NCBI RefSeq assembly: GCF_052425735.1 | Contig: NC_135761.1 | Span: forward strand, 9,734,001 to 9,798,000 | DNA: 64,000 nt | Origin: Oculina patagonica | Taxonomy: Eukaryota | Direction of reading: 5' to 3' | In this document: positions 49,515-62,729 of the stretch, in pieces | Numbering within the stretch: the stretch's first letter is position 1 | Layout of the letters: each line of letters begins with the position of its first letter | Program-made: the position numbers and the translations under genes | The notes under the pieces: model-generated | The model's database searches: none | What the model was told of the DNA's origin: nothing | Seen by the model: only the letters and a program-made list of their open reading frames with translations

Positions 49515-51476
49515 AATCGCCCGCAAGGCTTTGATGAAACGTCAAACATATGGGTTCAGCCGTTTTCTGCGCTGATCAACTGCATGTTTCCTGTAGAATA
49601 TGTGTACGCAGATTGGTTTGGGTGGCAAACATGGAACGAAGCACAGCGGGAAGATCAAGAATCTCTCGTCAGTCCATCGGAAGCAACCATAGTGGCTGGA
49701 AGTCGAGTTGAAGGATTTTGTATCCCTCAGTTTTTCCTTCGAAAAACTGATGTTGAACGCGGTAGTGTGGTTGATTTTCGTGGCAGTGTGCTTGAACATT
49801 GGCAGCCTGATCTTGATAGGATGGAAGCCAATGATTCTTTTGTTGAAAATAGTGAAAAGAAACTGATACCTATATTCACTGTTGAACATATCGAGGACGA
49901 CCCAAAGTATGCAAAGCTCAGGCTGACCAAAGAATGGAAAGATCATCGACCGCGTTACAAGAACGTTTCCTATCTGCACCATTCTTTTTTGCTGCCTTCA
50001 GCGGATGAATATCATTCCATGGCTGGCCTTGAATCAAATCAATTTGATGGCCAAAAGGGTTCGTGGTCATACGATCTCCACGGTCCTGTGCGTAAACTTG
50101 AGTCCGAAGGTTTTCCAAGTTACGAGGAAGATCAGACAGGCGTTTTCGAATATCCAATAGCGTGGCCAGAACCTGCCATGGAATGGTTGGTCCGACCGAG
50201 GCCAAGTGGTTGGCCCTCACCCGAACTTGTCCAGGAAATATTTGACGCTGGTTGTCATTTGGCCCCGGTTGGCAGAGGAAAGCGTATTGATGATCCCGTT
50301 GATTTGCTCAGTTATTGCCAAAATCCGGAGCTGTCAGGTGCTAGTTCCGCAGGTCTACAGGAGGAATGCAAAAAAGGAAAAATGACTATGGACAACACAG
50401 AATGGAAAACGTCCTTTTCAGTGGCCGAAAATAAACTTGGCGAGAGTGTGTCTCCAGTGCAACGACATGTCGTGGTTTTGTTGAAAATGATTAAGTCATG
50501 TTACTTTCCTAAGGTGATATCAACGTACTGCTTGAAGCACTTGCTCTTTTGGGAAAGCGAGAGGAGACAGGCGGTCTTTTGGAGAGAGGACAACTCCGCT
50601 AACTGCCTTCTGTTGATCTTGGATCGTCTCCAAGAGTGTTTGGAGGCACATCGGCTGCCGCATTTCTTCATTCCACGGAGCAACACTCTGGAATATGAAG
50701 ATCCGTCCAAAATGAATGAAGCCGCTGCCATTGTCGCTGAAGTTAGAAGAAATATTTTGCCGAAGACAGTGAATTTACTGAAACGGCTGCAGTCTCTGAC
50801 TTATCAGTCAAACTCATATCTTCAGGGTCTCGGTTTGCTGTTGGAGGACCATCTCCTAAAGATGCAAGACAGAAATATCTCAAATAAAGATCACAGACAG
50901 CTGCTATGCTCTCTCCACTCAGTCTTTGTTAGCAAGTGCAAAGACGTGATAACAGATTTACAAAGAATCTCGCCTGCGGAGCGCCAAAAGATAGAAAAGT
51001 TGGTAAACGTGTCTTTGTATGCTTACCAATCGACGCTTTCAAGAACTATGTGTAAATTATGGCTTCTCCATACTGATGAACGCAACGACCAGAGGAAGAG
51101 TGAAGACGAGTTCAAATTATTCGTGAAGGAGAAAGTTAGAGATCTTTCCTTTGATGAAGACTTCCTTGCATTGGCGCTCGTTTTCTTTGCCAGAGCTAGG
51201 AATGGCATGGAGCCCTCATTGGCAATTCCTTATACAAGAGTAATGAATCTTCTGAGAGAGGAACAGATGGGAATCGCCAAAGAGGGCATGGAAGAAGTAC
51301 ATAAGTTCTTGAAAGGAACTTTGTTCGATTCGCTAAAGAGGAGTGATCTCGAGAAGATCGAAGAGAAAGTTTCGAAGAAACTCCAAAATGAGGTAGACTT
51401 TATGACAGTTACAAATGAGGAAGTTTTGAGGTTTTTCAGTGAGGAGCTTGCAACGCTTTTTGAAGACAAGATGTAG
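49515..51476 (+). CDS. cGLR C', main exon (inverted copy of C)
   Basis: ttttctacag|AATCGC, phase 0; same NTase and Mab-21 motifs as C. N-terminus nearly identical to C, C-terminus diverged. Confidence 0.93.
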   Translation, partial: NRPQGFDETSNIWVQPFSALINCMFPVEYVYADWFGWQTWNEAQREDQESLVSPSEATIVAGSRVEGFCIPQFFLRKTDVERGSVVDFRGSVLEHWQPDLDRMEANDSFVENSEKKLIPIFTVEHIEDDPKYAKLRLTKEWKDHRPRYKNVSYLHHSFLLPSADEYHSMAGLESNQFDGQKGSWSYDLHGPVRKLESEGFPSYEEDQTGVFEYPIAWPEPAMEWLVRPRPSGWPSPELVQEIFDAGCHLAPVGRGKRIDDPVDLLSYCQNPELSGASSAGLQEECKKGKMTMDNTEWKTSFSVAENKLGESVSPVQRHVVVLLKMIKSCYFPKVISTYCLKHLLFWESERRQAVFWREDNSANCLLLILDRLQECLEAHRLPHFFIPRSNTLEYEDPSKMNEAAAIVAEVRRNILPKTVNLLKRLQSLTYQSNSYLQGLGLLLEDHLLKMQDRNISNKDHRQLLCSLHSVFVSKCKDVITDLQRISPAERQKIEKLVNVSLYAYQSTLSRTMCKLWLLHTDERNDQRKSEDEFKLFVKEKVRDLSFDEDFLALALVFFARARNGMEPSLAIPYTRVMNLLREEQMGIAKEGMEEVHKFLKGTLFDSLKRSDLEKIEEKVSKKLQNEVDFMTVTNEEVLRFFSEELATLFEDKM

Positions 51477-54055
51477 GAATAAAAAGGAAGAGTTTGTAAT
51501 GACAGTTAACTAACTGGAAAAACATCTCATTAACAAAAATGACTTACAAGCAAGTCGGAATTTATTAGAAAAGCTACCCAAAACGGAGGGGCTGAAAAGG
51601 CCAGGTTATAATCTAAGACCTATAAAGGTAACAAACATACAGGAGAACTTTTTTGAACGATGCCAAGGAACCGTTGAACCAGGACATTTATGTCGAAATT
51701 TTACTGGTATTCTTGTGCATAAACGTCTTTAAATTAGTTAGTGTGTAAGTAGATAATCAACTGCGGTGACATATCCCAGTCCACCCATTTATAGCTATCA
51801 AGCCAAACGTCCACTATTGAAGTAACCACTCCCTATGTTTTTTGTATACACAACATTAGTAAGAAATGTAAGAAAGTTTTATGGATTTTTGTATGGGACA
51901 AAAATTCTAATTCTCCGTTGAGAGTTGAGTCTACAACCTTCCACACTGCCCCGATACTCTAATCATTGGGTTATAGGAGATTTGTGACGAGCTAGGCCAT
52001 TTACTGGTTTTTAAATAAATGTGAAATACCTCCCTCGTGCTGATAGGAACAAGAATGTGAAAAGCTATGGTCGAGTATGGTAAAAAGCATGATGAATAAA
52101 TACAAAGTTTAAGCTCGTTCATTTTGTGGTTACTTGTTATCAGAGAATGAATTAACCCAGTGAAGACGCGGAGTGTAACCGAAAGCTAAAGCAAGTAACA
52201 AAGACATTAGCCAAAAAGAGATTTTTTTTCCGATCACCTTTCCTGGTGCTCCGAGGATGCGCTCATGCAATACCTCCGCTCGCTTGTTTTTACACATTTT
52301 GTGCAATTATTACACAGCCTTCTATACCGTGTTTTTCTGTAAATTGCGCAATGGTTCTACTGCTGTTAGAGTCATCTTTGAGCAAGCATATTTGATAATG
52401 GGTACAGTTTTGAAAGCATTCAAGGTCATAGACTACAGAGTAGACAATGTGATTGTAGATGACGCGGTTGTTGAAAAACGTGACTTGTACATCTTTTCTG
52501 CTTTTTGTTGCTTTATTGTTTATGATTTAGCTGTATAGTGTCTATACTGCGTTGCACTGATGTTTTATCGTCATGTGAATTCTATACATATTCCATATCA
52601 AAAATGACGTTAAAGGATGGCCCTATCGTGGTAAAATCGATTACTTCGCCATCCCACACTTCTGATTCTTTATTGTCGATAATAATTCGGACTCACAGGC
52701 AGTTAAAAATAGAACGTGTTATTGGATTGTATGTACCAATTGTTTTCGTGCTTAGGTTGTTAAAATTATGTGTTTCGGAAGGGATGATGACAGTCGAAAT
52801 TTGAAACTTTTAAGTTACTTAAAAGTTACATTTGGAACTACTGACCTGTGTGCAAACCCGTTTAGGTGAGAATACTGATACAGTGGAATACCGATTTCTC
52901 GAGCCTTCCATTTCCAGAAAAACTTCCTGACGATTCGAGCCAAAATTCCTTTGCTTTGGTTTTGCTTTACTGAATTTTACTTCCTATTTTTCAAGTCAAT
53001 TTTTGTTTCCCTATTTGGGAACTAATGGAGGACTGAGAGATCGGGATTCCACTGTCGTTTGCTTTTTTGATAACTTGTAAGATAATATTGTGAGTGCCTC
53101 AATGGTGTGGTGACTTTTACAGGGAATTCACGCGAAAATGTGGATTACGCCATCAAACAATGCTTTTGTTACTAGCTCTTTACCTTTGCTTTGAAAATAA
53201 CTGAAACATGTATATTTTATCTCCTTGGATGCTTGCGCACCCTTGTTGGCGGTCACTGAGATAAGAGTCAAACCACTTAAGGGCCTTATGATCAACTCCA
53301 AAGTTTGCTAACTTTTATAACATTATCTTGTGGTCTATTGTGTGGAAAGCGTTTTTAAATCCCTTGATTAAAAAATATGCGCATGTCCTGCTTAAGATCG
53401 TTCAACCTCGACCAGGACATGCACATTATATGATGCCATTAAATTATATTCCCATAAATAAATTCCATTTCCCAGCCTATTGTTTGCCCAAATTTTCCCA
53501 AATCCCAGTCCCAGTCCTTTTTTGTGTGTAATCCCAGCTACAGAGACCCAAATATCATTTTCCAAGGCCCCTTTCTACGGAAGATATTTTGAGTTAATTC
53601 ACTACCAGATCGAGATATGTTTTACATCAGTTCGGAACATTTATGACTCAGTTTCTTATTTACATGTTTTCCATTTTTATTTCTTTCATGCACGTGCTTG
53701 AGATAGAAGGTAATTTCGGTCCAGGCTCTACCTTTTTCTAGGAATTAGTTCATCTCGCATATTTAGCATCCCATTTTGACATTTCCATGTAAGAACTTGT
53801 CTCAAGGGTATCTAGAAACATTTTTCAAGATAGCTTTTCTGGCCTGAGCACAGATGAAACATCACTGAGGGACTATATCTGCGAAAAACAGACTGAGATA
53901 ACAAAGGAGCTTTCGAATAGCGTCATTTGATGTTTTTCATGCAGCAGTTGAATTCGACGATACTAAAATCACAAATAATCCCATTTCTGCCGAGATAGTT
54001 CTCGACGGCAGACTTGATTTGATTTTTAAAATTTATAGGCCCGCGGCAGTTACAG

Positions 54056-55078
54056 TTTTTTTTTTTATTTTTTAATTTTTTTTATTTATTTAATTATAAA
54101 TTGACACTTGACATTTGACGTTATTACATTACAATATAATAAATACGTTACAAAAACTTTTACAAATGCTACGTTACGTTATTACATTACAATATAATAA
54201 ATACGTTTCAAAAATTTTTACAAATGCTACGTTACGTTATTACGTTACAATATAATAAATACGTTACAAACATTTTTACAAATATTCTTATTCTACATGT
54301 GGAAGGAAAACATAAATAAATAAATTATAATATGTGGAGAAAAAAAGAGAGGGATGAAGCAGACGTGACGTGCTCAGATTGTACAATTATACACAAAGTG
54401 TAGTCCATTTTGATGTATATTTCATAAGCGTGTTGTTTCTCATAGCGACTTCTTTTTCGCTTTGAATTTTATCATTGAGGAGGATGTAGAAAGCCTCGAA
54501 GGACAGAGGGTGATTGGCTTGTTTAGCTTGAAAGATGAAAAATTTCGCTATCAAAAGATAATGGTTAAAGGTACACGTAGAAGAAGATTCAGGTTTGTAA
54601 CCATACAAGATATCGCTTGAAGTTACGGTTACGTCATCCGCTCTTTTTTTGTTCCACCAGTCAATAACCTTTAGCCAAAATTGCTTTACTCTAGGGCATT
54701 CAAAAAACATATGTGTTAAAGTTTCACAAGTAGACTCACAATAATTACTCATTGGATCTGGCTTAATTTTCATTTTATGAAGTATATCGTTTGTGGGGAG
54801 TATATTGTTTATTACCTTATATTGAAAGCATCTCAATCTATTTTCTACTGTTATTTTGAAAGGCAACTTGTAAGTGGAAGTTGGATTTCGATGCATATTT
54901 ATGAGATTAAATTCTACGTTTGGCGGGGTGAAAGCATCATTGGCGAGCACAAAGCGGGTTCTTTTAGCGGTGACATTTGCAATGGAGAGATTATTCTTAG
55001 TGGTGTTAATGTTTTGAGGAGTGATGGAACGCTTTTGAAAGGAATCCTTCCAAAAGCGTTCCATCACTCCTCAAAGTA
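54056..55078 (-). mobile_element. 5'-truncated L1/Tx1-clade LINE (ORF2 C-terminus with zf-RVT, 3' UTR, A-rich tail)
   Basis: ORF 54387-55067 has FQYKVINNILPTN...ETLTHMFFECP...FW...HYLLIAKFFI. Poly-T at ~54056, three ~59-bp UTR repeats, agttacag on both flanks. Confidence 0.88.
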
Positions 55079-56456
55079 GTTACAGTTACAGTTACCGATT
55101 TAATACCACGCGATATTGTTTTGTCCCGATCCAATGAGAGCCGCGGAAATTCATCAGTGAGCTATAAATATATATTTTTGTAAACTCGTCTGGTTTTCTA
55201 AGAAACGGCTGTCTTTTAGGTTAAAATATGTTCACTATTGTTTTACAATGTAAATACGTCACCACAAAATCAAGACGAACACAAAGAAATGTTATGTCGT
55301 GTCACGGTGGGGGCAAGGGAAAAAGCCCTAAGCAACAGTGGAATTTTCCTGACACGGGCAAAGAAAAATGCCCTAAGCAAGTGAAATAACGTCTATTTTT
55401 CCTTCTAGTGATCGGCACTAAAATGACTACAATGAGTACCTGAGAAAGCTCGGACATCCGAATTCATCGAGAAGAGACATCGCAATGCGCACCGAAGCAG
55501 GTTTTAGTGGAATTTCATATTTAGTTACATTGTTTTCATCATTAATATCACCATAGCATATACAGAGCAATAACTTGTTAGTCTCTAAATGCCATTGTTC
55601 GGTTCATCTATTCGGTTTGTAATGGCAATTTCAGGCTGGGCCGGAAGACATTGCACACAACAGTTGACACAAGTTTACAGCGTGTTTATCTCAAACTTCT
55701 CAGCTTTTTGTAGACCATTAAATGGCATGTACTAAAATCCAAAAAAACGAAACGAAAACTCCAAAAGGAAATCACCGAAATAAGCGAAACGAATTTACCA
55801 ATGTTGAAAGCTAACTATGAACAGGGTAACCGGAGTGCTTTTCAGGCTAACCGGATTGTCAGCCCGGGATTGTCAGCCTGTAAATCTGTAGTCTGCTTGA
55901 GCTTCAGTTGGCCTGAATAGCGCTCCGGTAGTCTGAATAACGCTTAGCTTAGCGTGTTTATGGTTACGCTCTCAATATAATGTGTTTCCCTCGTTCTGGT
56001 GATTTTGTTTCCGTTCTCTCGGTTTGCCCGTTTCGCTTGTTTCCGTATTTCGGCGGTTTCGTTTCGTTTGTTCCCTCGTTTCGTTTACGAGCTTTCGCGA
56101 TATGCGAAATATAATGCCTTTTGTTCTTGGAGAAAACGAAAATGCCGTCATGAAGAGTGAAACGCCTGCTTCGATTTTCGGAAGGGAATTAACAGCTCGC
56201 AAATTCGGATAATAAGATTTCGTTACCGACACCTTTCTACCACTTTAAAATTCAGCTAAAAATCCGAGCAAGTAAAACTGTTAATCTACGCAAATAACTA
56301 AATGATATTGGAAAGTACTGAAGAATGACATTCCATGCTTGATTGCTCTACTTGTTGGGTGCTCCTTTAATGCCATGATCATGATTTTTAGACAGAGCCA
56401 TCTAGACAGAGTCATTTACAGAGTGCTACAGCTGGAACTTAACAGTCACAAGCAAG

Positions 56457-56621
56457 ATGGACCTGCTTTCTCAGAGAATTGAGTTGCAGGGGTTTGAGAA
56501 ATCTTATGACCCTGAAGGGGACGGTGACTGCTTCTACAAGGCAGCTGCTTTCCAGTTAGGAAGAGATGGAACTGAGTTGAAGAAGGAAATATTTGACTTT
56601 CTGGCCCAGAACCAATATGAT
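56457..56621 (+). CDS. OTU-module exon 1, gene A' (OTU-PUB)
   Basis: MDLLSQRIELQGFEKSYDPEGDGDCFYKAAAFQL...NQYD|GTAAGT. Confidence 0.87.
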
Positions 56622-56835
56622 GTAAGTAATCATTTGTTATCACTTCACTGACTGTACTGCACAAACATTTAACATTACTTAGCTTTAAAGTTTACAGTAT
56701 TACATCCATGCTTGGGCAAAAACAGTTTGACATATAAGAAGGGTGTGTGGCAATGAAAAAAATCTTTCTCATGTGTCTGTTTATATAATGGTCGCTCCTT
56801 TGTAAAGACAATTTTATCTCTATCTTACTGTACTG

Positions 56836-57718
56836 TAGCCTGAATTTCAGACATCCCTCTGTGCTCGCCTGCTTGCCAGAAGGAACGTCTGAACACATTT
56901 GAGCCTAATGCCGTCCGGTGACGTCACTACACTTTGGTTGTAATTCATGCGGAAAAGTTTCTGTCGAGGCCATGAAATTGTGAAAGAAAAATCGCTTCAA
57001 TAAAGGATTGCAGGGTATAAAATTGTTTTAATAGTAAACTATTGAAAACTTGAGACAAATGAATAAGATTTTAATCGCATGCAGGCTATATTCTTTTACG
57101 GAACCGATTTAATCTGAACTGAAGCTTATCTAGCGATCAAAATATAATATGTTACGCAGCGAGCAAATACAACACACTCGTGAGTACTTAAATGAATCAA
57201 TTTAGACGGTTACTGAGGCATCAAGAAACGGAATTCAATACAAAAATATCCTACTTGACTATGGGCACTGAGTTCAGAAATCACTGGCTCATCGAGGCTG
57301 CAGGACATAAGCGTCGAGCGGCTTTGTTGACAAAACAAGAATACATATATAAATTTGGCAAAACACTGCATGTCGAAGCGACGAATGCCGCCAACTTAAA
57401 ACCTACCGATTTCCATTACTATTCTTCATCCGTAGGTAAACTAATAAAGTAATAAACTCAAGGTAAATGACTAATAAATTCATTTCTGGGAAGGTAACTC
57501 CTTCGAACTCTTTCCAAACGTTTTCAAATTACAATCCTCGCGCGGTAAAATTCAGTCATAATTTCACATAATTATGCAAATAATTTTAAAATCAACCAAT
57601 CAAAATCACTACCCGGTTTTCGGGTAGTGACGTCACCGGACGGCATCAGGCTCAAATGTGTTCAGACGTTCCTTCTGGCAAGCAGGCGAGCACAGAGGGA
57701 TGTCTGATATTCAGGCTA
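56836..57718. mobile_element. Non-autonomous DNA transposon, ~95-bp TIR, 9-bp TSD (possibly Academ-type)
   Basis: actgtactg|tagcctgaatttcagacatcc ... ggatgtctgatattcaggcta|actgtactg. Confidence 0.85.
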
Positions 57719-58475
57719 ACTGTACTGTATTGCATGTTGTTTTGTCATTTTGGCATGCGAATGGGTTAATATAGGTCTACAGAATTAAACTGTTTTTACG
57801 GCTGTAGGACAATGTAATCAACAGTTTCAATTTTACTTGAAATAAATTGTGTAAGGTGTCTCGCTAATAAAGGGATATTATCAATCTAACCTGATACTTA
57901 TGACGCTCATGCTGTATATTTGCTCAATATTCTGAGTAATCTCAAATGTAAAACTACTGGCTCGTCTCTGGCCGTCTAGATTTATATTAATAGTATTAAT
58001 AATACCCACTGTATGTTTTAAATGGGTCAATATAAGTCTAGAGAATTAAATTGATTTTAATTTTTCGTTTTGTGTAAAATTACACGATTTAAATTATAAA
58101 GTGGGTGCGTACGAAAACGAAGCTGAAACCATTTATGATCTCACATTCTCAAACTCATTAATAATTCATCAGGTCAAAACAAAGAAAATCATAACCGTGA
58201 CGGTGGTTTGGATACCCGATCTTAATTAGCATAGATTTTTACGATTTTATTTCTCCGTTTACTCCGTAGTTTTTGCTTCGATTGAGAAGATATATCAAAC
58301 ACTCGAGACAGTGTTTAATTGGCTATCCAAACACTTCGAATTTCGTCAAAAATACTCCGCTGCGCGTCGTATCTTCAACTCTCTTCTCGGTGTTTGGATA
58401 TCCCGATGAAACACTGTCTCTCGTGTTTGATATATTACTTTACAAGACTACGAAAACATACAATTTTTGTTTTAG

Positions 58476-58652
58476 TTCCAGGAACAGAACAGGCTCGACT
58501 TTGTTTGTAGTGGCGATATTCAAAATCAAGATGTTCCCTCCGACTGGTGTGAAGCTCTCACTTTGTTACGCAAAAGCTGGGCAAACGAGATGGTCATCAG
58601 AGCATTGTCTGAAAGCTTGCACTGCAAAATAACAATAATTACAGCTTCTGGG
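58476..58652 (+). CDS. OTU-module exon 2, gene A'
   Basis: gttttag| FQEQNRLDFVCSGDIQNQDVPSDWCEALTLLRKSWANEMVIRALSESLHCKITIITASG |GTAAG; 177 nt. Confidence 0.87.
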
Positions 58653-58739
58653 GTAAGCTGTTTTCACGTTTCCTAAATGTAATATAGAAATGATTCCTAG
58701 CACTATCTTTAGCTCTGGCACTGGTCCCACAAGTGCCAC

Positions 58740-60490
58740 TATCACTTCTGTCACTTCTACACCACCACTGTCACTTCCTACATTGACGTCCACTTCCATT
58801 ACCATAGTTCCTCTTACTCTATCCACAAGCTACCCATTACCCACTACCTATTACTCACTACCACTACCCAGTAGCACTACTACTACCAACTACCCACTAC
58901 CACTGCAACTACCACTACACTAATACAACCACTACCACTACTACGACTACCACTACACACTTCCCCTAATCACTACCACTGACACTACCCACTGCCACTA
59001 CCACTAATCACTTACCACTACCACTACCACTACCACTACCACTGCCACTACCCTCTACCACAGCCACTGCCACTGCCACTGCCACTGCCACTACCCTCTA
59101 CCACTGCCACTGCCACTACCACTGCCACTACCCTCTACCACTGCCACTGCCACTGCCACTACCACTACCACCGCCACTGCCACTGCCACTGCCACTACCA
59201 CTGCCACTACCCTCTACCACTGCCACTGCCACTGCCACTGTCACTGCCACTGTCACTGCCACTGCCACTGCCACTGCCACCGCAACTGCCACTGTCACTG
59301 CCACTGCCACTGCCACTGCCACTGTCACTGTCACTGCCACTGCCACTGCCACTGCCACTGCCACTGTCACTGTCACTGCCACTGNNNNNNNNNNNNNNNN
59401 NNNNNNNNNNNNNNNNNNNNNNNNNNNNNNNNNNNNNNNNNNNNNNNNNNNNNNNNNNNNNNNNNNNNNNNNNNNNNNNNNNNNNNNNNNNNNNNNNNNN
59501 NNNNNNNNNNNNNNNNNNNNNNNNNNNNNNNNNNNNNNNNNNNNNNNNNNNNNNNNNNNNNNNNNNNNNNNNNNNNNNNNNNNNNNNNNNNNNNNNNNNN
59601 NNNNNNNNNNNNNNNNNNNNNNNNNNNNNNNNNNNNNNNNNNNNNNNNNNNNNNNNNNNNNNNNNNNNNNNNNNNNNNNNNNNNNNNNNNNNNNNNNNNN
59701 NNNNNNNNNNNNNNNNNNNNNNNNNNNNNNNNNNNNNNNNNNNNNNNNNNNNNNNNNNNNNNNNNNNNNNNNNNNNNNNNNNNNNNNNNNNNNNNNNNNN
59801 NNNNNNNNNNNNNNNNNNNNNNNNNNNNNNNNNNNNNNNNNNNNNNNNNNNNNNNNNNNNNNNNNNNNNNNNNNNNNNNNNNNNNNNNNNNNNNNNNNNN
59901 NNNNNNNNNNNNNNNNNNNNNNNNNNNNNNNNTCACCGCCACTGCCACTGCAATAGCCACTGCCACTGCCACTGTCACTGCCACTACCACTGCCACTACC
60001 CACAACTACTTCCACCTTCATTGCCACTGCTATTGCCACTGCCACTCCACTACCCACTTCTCACTGCCACTGCCACTACCGCTGGCACTGGCACTGGCAC
60101 TGCCACTACCCACTACCCACTTCCCACTACCACTAATCACTGCCACTGTCACTGCTACTTCCACTACACACTTCCACTTATTATTACCACTCCAACTACC
60201 CACTGCCACTGCCCACTACCCACTACTCACTACCATTACCACTGCCACTGCCACTACACACTACTCACTACCATTACCACTGCCACTGCCACTACACACT
60301 TCCACTAAATCGCTACCACTGCAGCTATCCACTGCCACTGCCCACTTCTACTAAACACTACCTCTGCCACTTCCACTACCCACTGCATCCTTCCCAATAC
60401 CACTGGCACTATCCACTACCACTACCACTTCACAATGCCACTAACCATTACCACTGCCACTACCCACTCTTACAACCTACTATCTATTAC
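58740..60490. repeat. (CCACTG/CCACTA)n low-complexity microsatellite, including N gap ~59385-59931
   Basis: Direct reading of the hexamer repeat; lies in OTU intron 2. Confidence 0.95.
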
Positions 60491-60498
60491 CAACTTCG

Positions 60499-60885
60499 AT
60501 AACATAACATAACATAACATGAACTTTATTTAAACTTGAATTTTAGAGTAGCCTAAAAAGGCTAATATCTTAGAGAACATAAATTGTATACAATTGAAAT
60601 TTACATTCAAAATCTATTTACATCTATTTACATGAAAAAAATGTTAAGATATACCATTATGCCTGAAAGGAGATTACTTTTAGGAGTCTTCTAAAACCAG
60701 TTAAAGTAGGCTCAGATCTTACATTATTAGGTAAGGAGTTCCAGGTCTTAGATGCCAAATAATGAAAAGAGTTGAGGCCATAAGTAGTTGTAACAACAGG
60801 TTTACATAGTGATAAAATATTAGTTCCTCTTAAAGAGTATTCAGACTGACGCAAAGTAAGCATGTCTTTAAGATACTTAGGAAAA
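60499..60885 (-). mobile_element. 3' fragment of a CR1/L2-group LINE
   Basis: PKYLKDML...YSLRG...TTTYGLNSFHYLASKTWNSLP...FRRLLK is a typical RT C-terminal tail; (ataac)n tail at 60499-60520. Confidence 0.8.
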
Positions 60886-61252
60886 CTGTCACCACTACCC
60901 ACTACTATTGCCACTACCAATAGCCATGCCATTTCCACATTTCTTGACTCGCTGACACAAAATGGAAAGGAAGTCCTCTTAACCACTCAAACATTTGAGG
61001 AGCCTTAAGCATTTACCTCTCCCCAGTAGCTTATATTGTTGCGTTGGTCCAAGTCTTCTTGATCGTAACTACTTGTCTTGTAAACAAACACTAATATCGC
61101 TGTGTGTGACTGAACCCTTTTGAGTGAGCTTGCATGACGCTTGTGTGATCATAATTGTTTTATGACATGACCTGCCTTTTTTCATTCGAAATTTTCGCGC
61201 AAGAATCTCAGATATTTTATAACCCACTATATCGAAACTTTTCTATTGACAG

Positions 61253-61372
61253 GATACACCCGATTCGTATGTTAAAGTTATTGTCCCTGCTCAGCAACGT
61301 GGGACTCCGCCCCATGTGCTTTATTTCGGTCACACTGGAAATCACTACTTTGCTCTCAAGGAAAAGATTTCA
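61253..61372 (+). CDS. OTU-module exon 3, gene A'
   Basis: ttgacag| DTPDSYVKVIVPAQQRGTPPHVLYFGHTGNHYFALKEKIS |GTAAGT; 120 nt, phase 0. Confidence 0.87.
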
Positions 61373-62514
61373 GTAAGTATTTCGTGACAAACGCCGCCAC
61401 ACGTAAACCGACAGAGTAAGTTAACGAGACAAATTCACAGAAGTAAATTTTTGTCTCGTAAAAGAATAAACCCATAACATTTAAAACTTTTTGTCACTAG
61501 TGTGCTCTTTTGCTCCCTATGATGCTAGTTCAATAAAGTTAATTAAAGCCCTATTCTTATATAACTTTTGTAATGATTTTTAAACGCAATGTAGTCATTA
61601 CGACGCATTTTGGATTTTGTAGGCTGAAATCATCTTATCAATATTTCAATTACATATGAATCTGTAGCCACAAAACTTTAAAAGGAACGTGTCTGATAAC
61701 ATTGGGATGTCTGCTAACATTTTGGTTGTCGTTAGCAGCATACAACAATGGCATCATAAGACACCATATGTACTTAAATATCGGCCACTTAAAATTTCTC
61801 TAGATTTATTTAGTTCATTTATAGCCAAGCAAAACCAAGTAAGTGGAATGAATGAAAGTTCCTTATGAATAATAAGTTTCATCATAGAAGGATATAGACC
61901 ACTAGAAAAAGTTCAAAGAGAAATGATCCTGTTACAAGATCAATCTGCCACCTTGGACTTTTAAGTTCACATCAAGTTCCTCAAGTTAGCGTTAAAGGGC
62001 CTAGTCAGCCTCTGCCATTTTCGATGCCATCGAAATTATGAAAACTGCACAGCGAAGCAAAAGCTTATTGCATTGCTGTAAGCTGTGTTACTGGAAGTCT
62101 GTTTAATTAAATTTAGCAGTTGCACAGTGATCTATTTTGTTTAGACACGCTCTGCGCAAAAATATAATACCGAAATTCCCGTATGTAAACAAAAACAAAG
62201 GCGTGGCTGACAAGGGTCCTTTAAATAACCTGAACTAATAAACAATGGTTTTAGAAATACAAACACAATTATAAAGCATAGAAATTATACAATTTTAAAA
62301 AATAGCTATCAAACCAGGTCGCCATGGAACGTCAAAATTGGTGAGCATGCGATACAACATGAACAATTTCCAGACATCAGCAGCCCCCTTTTCCCTTCTA
62401 AATAGAGTAATCCATCAAGGGTGGAGTAGTATGAAGCACAGTTTGTTTTGTTGAAATGAATACTTTCTTTTATTAATTTTGAAGATACAAATTAACACGA
62501 ATTCTTTTTACCAG

Positions 62515-62609
62515 CGTTGTAATGGAGACTCCTTGATTTCCTGTTGTTCATTGATGTACTTGAACGAAGATAAGGACAAGGTGAAGGCATGTGTCGACAC
62601 ACTTTGTAG
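62515..62609 (+). CDS. PUB-domain exon 1 (UBXN6-like), gene A'
   Basis: tttttaccag| RCNGDSLISCCSLMYLNEDKDKVKACVDTLC(R) |GTAAG; phase 0 in, phase 2 out. Confidence 0.8.
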
Positions 62610-62729
62610 GTAAGCACTGATAATATATTCAACATATCCAGTTCTGCAAGAAACTAACTTCTAACGGGCGCATTAGGTAGCCGTCTCACAACAGTTCTCT
62701 CATCTCTGAAAAAAAAAATTCTAAGATCA

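Larger units (their letters stand above)
41617..52650. repeat. Right arm of the large inverted duplication
   Basis: Reverse complement of ~29750-39979, with arm-specific insertions. Confidence 0.9.

Noticed and set aside
7401-51469. Many 60-150 aa ORFs overlapping the cGLR exons
   Set aside because: Antisense or alternative-frame shadows, repeated only because the genes are duplicated.
7204-51476. Bacterial CBASS operon or contaminant reading of the NTase ORFs
   Set aside because: Spliceosomal introns, eukaryotic TEs, low gene density and Mab-21 C-lobe motifs indicate animal cGLRs.
30571-51476. ORF-track starts (TTG/GTG at 9432, 32556, 39352, 43044, 49497) as real starts
   Set aside because: These are non-ATG codons, and each frame begins at a polypyrimidine-AG acceptor, so they are exons of spliced genes.
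58566-60308. Thr/Val-Ala/Gly-Ser-rich ORFs (mucin- or antifreeze-like)
   Set aside because: Translations of an intronic hexamer microsatellite and an N gap.
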